DNA from: a virus
Lineage: Duplodnaviria > Caudoviricetes
Length of the DNA: 56,299 nt
Strand: one strand, 5' to 3'
Virus record (IMG/VR): IMGVR_UViG_3300021368_000027
Span: 1-56,299 of that record
This document shows, one piece after another, positions 1 to 6,207 of this stretch. The notes under the pieces are model-generated. The model was given only the letters and a program-made list of their open reading frames with translations. It searched no databases and was not told the origin of the DNA. Both the position numbers and the translations under genes were made by a program. Numbering within the stretch: the stretch's first letter is position 1; each line of letters opens with the position of its first letter.

Positions 1-521
1 GCGCTACGAAGACGTGACCTCATATAATCCCAAGCGTAAGGTGTAGGCCATTGAGTAAGTTCGTCAAATCCAATCCAGTTAAAAGCCTGTCCTTGGTAGC
101 GTGTGACATCGGTATCCTTATCCAGATAAGACATCCACAGTCTTCCACCTTTAGGAGATACCCATTGTGATTTACGCTCTGACCATTTGATTCCTGGTAC
201 GGCACGTGGATATAACTCCTGCGACTTCTGTATAAGTTCCCTTAGTTCCTCAGTTGTATGTCGTACAAGGAGTCCAGAGAAGTGTGGATTGTTCAGGCCG
301 TGTAATGGATCTGCTAACATTGCGTAGCTTTTGCCACCACCTGCTGCCCCACCGTACAGCACTTCTCTTTCAGAAGAACTTAGAAAGGATGTCTGTGGAC
401 CTGGGTTGGGTCTGAATACGACATCCTGCGCTTCTTCAACGTCATAGTCAGGGGCTACTACCTGCGCTGGGATAGGTTCTGGCTGGGGGGCTTCTATCTC
501 CGCTGGCTTCTGAGTATGCAC
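1..521 (-). CDS. terL: Terminase large subunit, N-terminal ATPase domain (runs off window start; absent from ORF track)
   Basis: Manual translation: ...VFRPNPGPQTSFLSSSEREVLYGGAAGGGKSYAML...YQGQAFNWIGFDELTQW...; Q motif, Walker A GGAAGGGKS, Walker B WIGFDE. Start uncertain (GTG at 521 after AAGGAG; frame is open to ~623). Confidence 0.92.
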   Translation of the reverse strand, partial: MHTQKPAEIEAPQPEPIPAQVVAPDYDVEEAQDVVFRPNPGPQTSFLSSSEREVLYGGAAGGGKSYAMLADPLHGLNNPHFSGLLVRHTTEELRELIQKSQELYPRAVPGIKWSERKSQWVSPKGGRLWMSYLDKDTDVTRYQGQAFNWIGFDELTQWPTPYAWDYMRSRLRS

Positions 522-903
522 CGACTCCTTGTGTTTCGAGCTTCTCGATTTCCGAAAGCGTTTCTTCGAGCCACTTGGCAAGCTTGCGTTTAATGTTAGA
601 TGCTTTTCTACGTCTTTGCTCAACTTCTATTCTCTTCTTTAGACCCATATGTGATATGTATCGGTCTGTTTCTTTACTCAACCACTGTGCTACTACTCTG
701 TAACTATACTGCTTGAGGTGACGTTTTGCAAGCTCTAATGCTTCTAATTCATGCTCAATAGGTACAAGTATTCTATCATTGTCAGGATCTACCTCGTAAC
801 CAAACGGTATCTTTCTTGTTAGCCTGACAATCTTGTGCCATTGTTTGTTGTGTGTCTTAGGAGGTTTAGGTAGTTGCCAAAACCCCAGTTCTCGTTGTGG
901 TAT
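448..903 (-). CDS. Putative DNA-binding protein resembling the recombinase domain of large serine recombinases; non-canonical start
   Basis: Frame of track ORF 448..681 stays open to ~912: IPQRELGFWQLPKPP...RKIPFGYEVDPDNDRILVPIEHELEALELAKRHLKQYSYRVVAQWLSKET...; ATA at 903-901 overlaps the terS stop (TAATA) behind GAAGGTGA. Confidence 0.6.
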   Translation of the reverse strand: MPQRELGFWQLPKPPKTHNKQWHKIVRLTRKIPFGYEVDPDNDRILVPIEHELEALELAKRHLKQYSYRVVAQWLSKETDRYISHMGLKKRIEVEQRRRKASNIKRKLAKWLEETLSEIEKLETQGVGAYSEASGDRSPPARTYPSAGSSP

Positions 904-1271
904 TATTCGTTCTCACCTTCTTTGGGTGGTAGATAGAAGATGCCACCACCGCTAGTAACATCTACTTTATCTACCTTACCAAGTCCTGCTCTGTCAAGCA
1001 AGTCTTTTGCTGCTACCATCTTTTCTTTTATGCCTAGCTCCGTTGGATCATACAACGCACCAACCATAGCCATAGCAGCTTTAGGAGCAGTACGTGCAAA
1101 AAATGTGCGAGTCTTCTCACCGATCTCATCCTTTAGAGATTCAACAATCGCTGCAGTGTTGCTGTTATCGCCGTAACCTGCCAGTTTTTTAGCAGCGACA
1201 ACATCACCATTAGCTTCATCAAATAGTACATCTAGAAACCGCTGCTGCTTATCTGTTAAATTTCTCGCCAT
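903..1271 (-). CDS. terS: Terminase small subunit
   Basis: N-terminal LTDKQQRFLD...AAKKLAGY HTH pattern typical of TerS, AAKDLLDRAG oligomerisation helix, located upstream of terL. Confidence 0.75.
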   Translation of the reverse strand: MARNLTDKQQRFLDVLFDEANGDVVAAKKLAGYGDNSNTAAIVESLKDEIGEKTRTFFARTAPKAAMAMVGALYDPTELGIKEKMVAAKDLLDRAGLGKVDKVDVTSGGGIFYLPPKEGENE

Positions 1272-1413
1272 ATATTGCTTCCCTTATTTGTGACCGACCT
1301 ATACCTAAGTCATTCAACTCTCTGTCGGTCATCATGTGCATCATACGAAAGTCTGCACGTTTTTGCTGTCTAATACAATGGTTATCCCATAGACGTTTTA
1401 ATAAATTTTTCAT
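1249..1413 (-). CDS. DUF1127 (YjiS-like) small protein, 54 aa (below ORF-track cutoff)
   Basis: MKNLLKRLWDNHCIRQQKRADFRMMHMMTDRELNDLGIGRSQIREAIYGEKFNR; matches the DUF1127 core (L/M)xDR(E)LxD(I/L)G(I/L)xRxxI; RBS AAAGGAGA 7 nt upstream. Confidence 0.85.
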   Translation of the reverse strand: MKNLLKRLWDNHCIRQQKRADFRMMHMMTDRELNDLGIGRSQIREAIYGEKFNR

Positions 1414-1444
1414 AGCACTATCTCCTTTGTTTGTGTGCGGAGAT

Positions 1445-1499
1445 AGTTATACTCAAATATACGTCAGGTAGTAGTACCTATTATTGCATACCCGATATG
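1445..1499 (-). promoter_or_regulatory. Candidate activator-dependent promoter of the DUF1127 gene
   Basis: -10-like TATAACT (1451-1445) as in other phage promoters, no TTGACA; dyad CATA-N5-TATG (1487-1499) overlapping a T-N11-A (LysR-type) box. Confidence 0.35.
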
Positions 1500-1775
1500 T
1501 TATTTCTTCTTTTTCATAGGACGTTCTGGTGGGTTAGATGCACCACAAGCTAGTCCTCCATGAGCCATGCCCATTTTCTTTTTAGCCATGCCACCATACA
1601 TGTAGCCCATCTTCTTTGCTACTGCAGGTGCAGCTTTCTTTAATGCTTTCATTCCTTCATTCATAGGTTTCTTTCCCATAACACCACCTTTGTTCATTTT
1701 AGATTTATGATAACCAGTACCTCCACAATGAGCGCACCCTTTGCCTTTACACTTTGGACATATAGTCTTCTTCAC
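1500..1775 (-). CDS. Small basic protein with DnaJ-type zinc finger and three xxGG motifs
   Basis: GTG start at 1775 after GGAGGA, overlapping upstream TGA; CPKCKGKGCAHCGGTG; MNKGG, MYGG, MAHGG; very Lys-rich. Confidence 0.75.
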   Translation of the reverse strand: MKKTICPKCKGKGCAHCGGTGYHKSKMNKGGVMGKKPMNEGMKALKKAAPAVAKKMGYMYGGMAKKKMGMAHGGLACGASNPPERPMKKKK

Positions 1776-2032
1776 TTTCGCTTCCTCCCTGAAGCTGTTA
1801 CTGACCATTTAACTTTCTTAGGTCCAGTCTTTTTTCTTGCTTCTGCTTTACTAATTCTACCTGCTACTGCTGCAGGTCTACATGCAGGGTAGGGTCTGTT
1901 CTTATCCTTGCCACCAGAACGCCCACACTTTTTGCCTGTCTTTACGTCACGCCAATCTTCCTTGAACCACTTAGTGAGTCCACCTTCAGCGTAACCTCTA
2001 CGACTTTCTAGTACGTGCTTTGACCTTTGCAA
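1772..2032 (-). CDS. Small basic hypothetical protein (GLxKWFKEDW...CGR...YPACRP type)
   Basis: Track ORF 1772..2062; TTG at 2032 follows GGAGG; K/R-rich, contains YAEGG. Confidence 0.7.
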   Translation of the reverse strand: MQRSKHVLESRRGYAEGGLTKWFKEDWRDVKTGKKCGRSGGKDKNRPYPACRPAAVAGRISKAEARKKTGPKKVKWSVTASGRKRK

Positions 2033-2180
2033 CTGAACCTCCCTTGCTGTAAGTACCCCCACGTGCTTTATACGTCTTAACTAGCCAAGCACTTCCGTAT
2101 GCGCTGGGCCACGTCTTAAACTTTCTCTTAGCTTCTGACTTTACTTTAGAATACAATGCTTTGTTCTTAGGTGTAGCCAT
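1998..2180 (-). CDS. Small basic hypothetical protein (WPSAY motif)
   Basis: MATPKNKALYSKVKSEAKRKFKTWPSAYGSAWLVKTYKARGGTYSKGG; TAATG coupling to upstream gene. Confidence 0.75.
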   Translation of the reverse strand: MATPKNKALYSKVKSEAKRKFKTWPSAYGSAWLVKTYKARGGTYSKGGSVAKVKARTRKS

Positions 2181-2449
2181 TATGTACGCCTCGACTTTGT
2201 ACCACTACACTTCCACTTCTTACGTGACAGACGTAGTGGACTGTTAGGATTAGCTGCTGCCTTTGGGTGCTTCTTCATCTGACCAGCGCTTCTTGCACAG
2301 TACGAATCGCCTTTACCTGTGCCTGGACGTATACGCTTACCACCGTCTTTAGCTTTACCTGATTGACCGTAGCTTACTTTAATTGTACGCCCTGTCTTAG
2401 GGTTCTTAACTTTCTTGGCAAACATCTTGCCTTTACGTGGTGTAGCCAT
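2180..2449 (-). CDS. Small basic hypothetical protein (SYCARS...KKWKC type)
   Basis: 89 aa K/R-rich ORF with VSYGQ, DSYCARS and SRKKWKC motifs seen in small marine-virus proteins. Confidence 0.75.
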   Translation of the reverse strand: MATPRKGKMFAKKVKNPKTGRTIKVSYGQSGKAKDGGKRIRPGTGKGDSYCARSAGQMKKHPKAAANPNSPLRLSRKKWKCSGTKSRRT

Positions 2450-2467
2450 TACTTGCCTCGAAATTTT

Positions 2468-3112
2468 TTATAGAGGGTTCTCCACCAAGCTATCATACGC
2501 TTTCCAAATGTCATCAATTTCTGTTTGAATAACATCTAACTTCTCTCCTATGCCATTTGTTATCGTTGTTGCTTTATCTACTTGACTACGCAGATCTAAT
2601 AATACTTTCTGCTGCTCTAGTATCTGCTGCATGTTTGTGGTCAACTGTGCTAGTTTAGTATTGAGTCCACGTACATCGTTATCTACTACAGCCTGTTCTA
2701 CTGTTTGTATTCTACTTGTTATCCCAGCTTCTAGTGTTGTTATCTGTTGATTTAACTGTTGCATTTTTACAACAATATCATCGTTTAGTTTTGTTTCGGC
2801 TTCTTGTAATTCTTTTCGTATTGCTTGACTAGCTGTCGTTAATTGATTTGCCGCAAATGTTTTATTTGCTGTTCGTTCTCTTGCAGTGTCGTTGCTTAAT
2901 TGAGTTAAGCTTTTTTGTATTTCTAAAATTTGCTTTGCATTTGCGCTGGCTTTATCTATTGCTTCACTAACGCCACCCTCTACACCGTAGAACCTATTCA
3001 GTGTATCGTATCCCCAATAGACACCACCTGATACAGCAGATAGAACTGGAAGTGCTACAGCAACCATCCAGCCCTTTACGTTAAATCCCCCTATGCTGAA
3101 CTCCATAGACAT
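2468..3112 (-). CDS. Membrane-anchored coiled-coil protein
   Basis: N-terminal hydrophobic helix WMVAVALPVLSAVSGGVYWG followed by long heptad-like Q/L/T-rich region. Confidence 0.75.
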   Translation of the reverse strand: MSMEFSIGGFNVKGWMVAVALPVLSAVSGGVYWGYDTLNRFYGVEGGVSEAIDKASANAKQILEIQKSLTQLSNDTARERTANKTFAANQLTTASQAIRKELQEAETKLNDDIVVKMQQLNQQITTLEAGITSRIQTVEQAVVDNDVRGLNTKLAQLTTNMQQILEQQKVLLDLRSQVDKATTITNGIGEKLDVIQTEIDDIWKAYDSLVENPL

Positions 3113-3945
3113 TAGTTCGGCATAGTTCCGTATTCTTCTACATACTCACCAGCAGCGTATATCTCTGCTGCAGTCTTCATATCATCTTCTAGATAGCCTT
3201 GCCAACCAGAACCAAACCCATCGTTATCCCACAGTATTACAAACTCGTCTATGTTCTGTGTATACGTAATGGCTGTATAGCTACCAACTACAAAGTTATT
3301 CTGTGTTGCGTAACTGTCGATACTCGCTGTTAGTTCAGTGTTATTAGCTGCAGCCATGAATGCACCAGCTTGTTGAGCGTAGTTCTCTACCTGTGCTACA
3401 GCTTGGTTGTACGCATCAACCTCTGCTTGGTCTATGCTGTACTCATCTGTTTCTATCATGCCTTGCAATGCAGTCTGCTCTGGTGATGTATCTGCTGTTG
3501 CTGCAGCTTCCATTACACCAGTAGCACTTAGTATCTCTGCTGAAGCATCAGCTAGAATATCTATAGCTTCATCCAAGTCATTCATAGAAGCTTGGTATTC
3601 TTGTGTAAACAACTGCTGTGCGTTGGTAGCAGTCTCGTAGTCGTGACCTAGTACAAGATCCTTTGCATCTAAGTAATCATCTAACTCCTGCTGTGTAATA
3701 AGTCCATCATCAAATGCGTCATCTATAACAACACCGCCCAGCGCAGCATATCCTACTGCACCTACTGTGTGATATCCATTGTCCGTCACCCTGTTCTTAA
3801 TAGCACCTAGTGTGCTAATTAGTTGGTCTATCTTCTCCTGACCTGTCATTGTTAGCGCTGGGTCCGTCACCTCTGCGTTTGCTTGACCTGAACTGATCAC
3901 TAAGGCTGCGCTTAGTAGTAGTGACTTCAGTGAATGCTTCATCAT
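3112..3945 (-). CDS. Secreted acidic helical protein
   Basis: Signal peptide MKHSLKSLLLSAALVISSGQANA; very D/E/A-rich mature part; RBS AGGAGAGG. Confidence 0.75.
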   Translation of the reverse strand: MMKHSLKSLLLSAALVISSGQANAEVTDPALTMTGQEKIDQLISTLGAIKNRVTDNGYHTVGAVGYAALGGVVIDDAFDDGLITQQELDDYLDAKDLVLGHDYETATNAQQLFTQEYQASMNDLDEAIDILADASAEILSATGVMEAAATADTSPEQTALQGMIETDEYSIDQAEVDAYNQAVAQVENYAQQAGAFMAAANNTELTASIDSYATQNNFVVGSYTAITYTQNIDEFVILWDNDGFGSGWQGYLEDDMKTAAEIYAAGEYVEEYGTMPN

Positions 3946-4624
3946 ATTCCTCTCCTACCTGTAATAAGGTATCCCAAAACTCTTTGTCTAATTCATAACC
4001 TACAACAAATAATGCAGGGTCTTCTCTGTATTTCTTTATAGCGTTCCTGCCCATGAGCAACTTACCAGTACGTGCATCATTTATAGGACACGGAGTATTG
4101 GCTAACATCATACTCCTGAACACTGTAGGATCTTGACACATCACTGAGATGGCAGACACCTGTAATCCTAACCCACCAACCTGTTGAGGTAAACCCAGCA
4201 ATCTAGCATTCTTCCTGCGATTGCAGTTGGGGTCTTGCTGCATCTCACCGTGAGACAGGCCAATTATATTTAACTGAAGCCCTCTGCTCTTCGGGATTAA
4301 GCAAGAGTCATTACCTCCCCCACCCATCATTGTTGGAGCTATGCTGGACATTACAGGACTGCTGCCTGGAGATGAACCTGCTCCGTTATAATTTATGACT
4401 TCACTTTGATTGTTTGAATCTACAACTGAATCTTCATAGTTGTTAGAAAAGTCACCTGTAACATCATTACCAGTATCTGTAGTCGTTGTGGTATTGTTAG
4501 TTATGCCATCATCTAGCTGCGTCTGTTCCTGTGCAGATACCGTAGTCGTCCACAAAACTAGGACTAATACACATAAGCTTAGTAGCTGCGTCTTTATGAC
4601 CGATAAGTGCGAGTGTTTGTGCAT
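3815..4624 (-). CDS. Secreted cysteine-containing protein
   Basis: Signal peptide ending TTVSA; low-complexity T/N/S linker; SIAP...DSC...CNRRKNAR...SVMCQD...TPCP motifs (4 Cys). Confidence 0.75.
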   Translation of the reverse strand: MHKHSHLSVIKTQLLSLCVLVLVLWTTTVSAQEQTQLDDGITNNTTTTTDTGNDVTGDFSNNYEDSVVDSNNQSEVINYNGAGSSPGSSPVMSSIAPTMMGGGGNDSCLIPKSRGLQLNIIGLSHGEMQQDPNCNRRKNARLLGLPQQVGGLGLQVSAISVMCQDPTVFRSMMLANTPCPINDARTGKLLMGRNAIKKYREDPALFVVGYELDKEFWDTLLQVGEEYDEAFTEVTTTKRSLSDQFRSSKRRGDGPSANNDRSGEDRPTN

Positions 4625-4745
4625 CTTGATTTCTCTGACATACAGTATCTCCCACCCTGCATGACGCTGTATATGTTATTGTTTGACAAGCTGTAACTAT
4701 CATTAATACGCATAGTTGTACGCAGAGTTTTAGCTTTGTCAACAC
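4509..4745 (-). CDS. Putative small lipoprotein
   Basis: MLTKLKLCVQLCVLMIVTAC lipobox-like signal, further Cys residues; overlaps next gene by ~115 nt. Confidence 0.5.
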   Translation of the reverse strand: MLTKLKLCVQLCVLMIVTACQTITYTASCRVGDTVCQRNQDAQTLALIGHKDAATKLMCISPSFVDDYGICTGTDAAR

Positions 4746-4747
4746 TT

Positions 4748-5008
4748 TTATCCTATGCCTTTACGTTTTCTTTCAGGGTCTAGTACTTCATGCTTTTCCA
4801 GGAAGCCCTCAAGGTACATAGCTCTTTCAATATGATCTAAAGTAAATCTTTTTCCTAGCCTAGCTTCCAGCGCCTCACGCACATAGAATACATCAGACTT
4901 AGGAATGTGTACACGTCTAAGGCGTTTATTGTCACCTTCCGCTATGGCATCGTAAAACTCTTCTATTACATCTTCAGAAGAGTACATACTTAGTTTCTGT
5001 TTATACAT
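4748..5008 (-). CDS. Hypothetical protein (86 aa)
   Basis: Start re-assigned to ATG 5008 (MYKQKLSMYSSEDVIEEFY...) after AGGTAGGA; the upstream extension in the track lies in a hairpin RNA element. Confidence 0.7.
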   Translation of the reverse strand: MYKQKLSMYSSEDVIEEFYDAIAEGDNKRLRRVHIPKSDVFYVREALEARLGKRFTLDHIERAMYLEGFLEKHEVLDPERKRKGIG

Positions 5009-5018
5009 TATCCTACCT

Positions 5019-5142
5019 AAAAAGGGGATATGTGTAGTATCTACATGTAGGAGGAGGAGACATGGAGGAAGAGTAACACACAGATTACTACACATACCCT
5101 AGTGTAACACTTATTGTTTGTTACATTATATTGTGTTACGTA
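5019..5142 (-). ncRNA. Candidate small RNA / leader with anti-Shine-Dalgarno (cuckoo-like) motifs
   Basis: Promoter immediately upstream; long stem 5100-5086 with 5039-5025 enclosing UACUCUUCCUCCAUGUCUCCUCCUCCUACAUG; ends in CCCCUUUUU; 5' hairpin GUAACAC/GUGUUAC. Confidence 0.6.
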
Positions 5143-5148
5143 ATAATA

Positions 5149-5177
5149 AGTATACAGATATACAGTAACACTGTCAA
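5149..5177 (-). promoter_or_regulatory. Sigma70-type promoter TTGACA-N17-TATACT (leftward)
   Basis: TTGACA 5177-5172, TATACT 5154-5149, 17 nt spacer, TG just before -10. Confidence 0.8.
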
Positions 5178-5248
5178 GTTAAACTTTACCTATGTCCAAT
5201 TATTTATTTAGTTTATTATTTATATCGTTTAACTTAAAAAGTTTAACT
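5177..5248. repeat. Perfect 11-bp inverted repeat flanking an AT-rich spacer
   Basis: AGTTAAACTTT (5177-5187) and AAAGTTTAACT (5238-5248), 50 nt apart. Confidence 0.7.
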
Positions 5249-5267
5249 ATCCTGCTCCTGCTCCGCA

Positions 5268-5295
5268 GTTATACCTAAAAAATGGGGTCTGTCAA
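5268..5295 (-). promoter_or_regulatory. Sigma70-type promoter TTGACA-N16-TATAAC (leftward)
   Basis: TTGACA 5295-5290, TATAAC 5273-5268. Confidence 0.7.
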
Positions 5296-5369
5296 GTATA
5301 AAAGAGACTAACTGCGACAATTTGTACCTCTCAAAAAACCACTTCTGTGTAGATATACGTATACACGTA

Positions 5370-5381
5370 GGGGTATACCCC
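5370..5381. other. GC-rich palindrome GGGGTATACCCC, possible genome-end/packaging site
   Basis: Perfect 12-bp palindrome in the otherwise AT-rich divergent region; function is inference. Confidence 0.35.
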
Positions 5382-5532
5382 CCAGTGGCCCTCGCCGCCC
5401 CAACGATTAAGGGCTGCTTTTACAGTTTAGACAGTGTTTTACTAGCTAAGTTACTGTATTTATTACACTTTTATACTGATATATCCTCAATATACTACTA
5501 AAAAGTGTTGTATTTGTGCAACATTCTAGAAA

Positions 5533-5589
5533 TGTGATCACAAATCAAGGAAGGATGCACAGTATATCCCCCCTTTTGTGATCACAAAT
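5533..5589. repeat. Duplicated palindrome TGTGATCACA (13-nt direct repeat TGTGATCACAAAT)
   Basis: Copies at 5533 and 5577, 44 bp apart; second extends to TTTGTGATCACAAA. Confidence 0.7.
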
Positions 5590-5627
5590 AAGCATACCCA
5601 CCCTATACAGTATATATATAATAATAA

Positions 5628-5672
5628 GAACAAACATAGAACAAACACTACAAAGCAGAACCAAACAAGAAC
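5628..5672 (+). promoter_or_regulatory. Two tandem alphaproteobacterial LexA (SOS) boxes, GAAC-N7-GAAC
   Basis: GAAC-AAACATA-GAAC (5628-5642) and GAAC-CAAACAA-GAAC (5658-5672). Confidence 0.7.
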
Positions 5673-5728
5673 AACTAAAAAAAGAATCGTTTAATTACAA
5701 CAACTTATAAAAAAGTTTAAAAAAGTAC

Positions 5729-5758
5729 TTGCAATCTATGTTGCGGTATGCCCTTAAT
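5729..5758 (+). promoter_or_regulatory. Candidate early promoter (rightward)
   Basis: A-tract UP-like element, TTGCAA at 5729-5734, CTTAAT at 5753-5758. Confidence 0.45.
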
Positions 5759-5877
5759 AGTACATCGAAAGCGACAAGTTAAAGCTTGAGAGTAGGCAAC
5801 AAGCCCTTGATCCTCAGATTAACAGCGTCCTTTTGACGGCTCGGTGAAATGCCCTAGCAAATACTAAAACTAAATAC

Positions 5878-5906
5878 TTGACTACAAATACAAATACTGA
5901 AAGACT
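5878..5906 (+). promoter_or_regulatory. Second candidate early promoter
   Basis: TTGACT (5878-5883), 17 nt, AAGACT; preceded by AAATAC. Confidence 0.35.
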
Positions 5907-6110
5907 GAATACAACATAACGAAAGATAATTGATACGATACAAAGTGAAACACATATACAGCGATAGCACATAGGCGTGGAAGTGAGAATACACTACAAG
6001 CCCAGTCGATAAGACACGCAATCAATAAACGTAGATGCTACTAAGATTGTGAGAGAGTTGACTTACTCATAACCACTGAAAAGGTGCTAACCTACTGTTT
6101 AACTGTTTCT

Positions 6111-6196
6111 GTATTTCTTGGACACATTAGCAGCTAATTTAGGCCAACCTAAACTTATGCTTGACATATGGGTTGCTGATGTGTCTTACTAAATAT
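6111..6196 (+). other. Branched RNA stem-loop directly before the first early RBS
   Basis: GACACATTAGCAGCT (6121-6135) pairs with GGTTGCTGATGTGTC (6171-6185), 15 bp with 3 G-U; inner hairpins TTTAGG/CCTAAA and TATG/CATA. Confidence 0.6.
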
Positions 6197-6207
6197 AGGA
6201 GGAAGCT

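Noticed and set aside
20-205. 61-aa minus ORF in the track
   Set aside because: Out-of-frame overlap inside the terminase large subunit.
5049-5070. CsrA/RsmA-sponge RNA on the + strand (GGA repeats)
   Set aside because: Promoter and U-tract polarity both point to the minus strand; no + strand promoter or terminator seen.
5009-5095. N-terminal extension of ORF 4748..5095
   Set aside because: Coincides with the hairpin/terminator RNA element; ATG 5008 has the better RBS.
5227-5248. CtrA site TTAA-N7-TTAA
   Set aside because: TTAA spacings are 1, 5 and 10 nt, not 7; better explained by the 11-bp inverted repeat.
5842-5852. CGGTGAAATGC matching 16S rRNA
   Set aside because: Only 11 nt with no flanking rRNA similarity.
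6040-6097. SAM-I riboswitch (AAGGTGCTAA)
   Set aside because: Other conserved elements (ATC.AGAG, GGCCC, CAACC, closing GAT stem) are missing.
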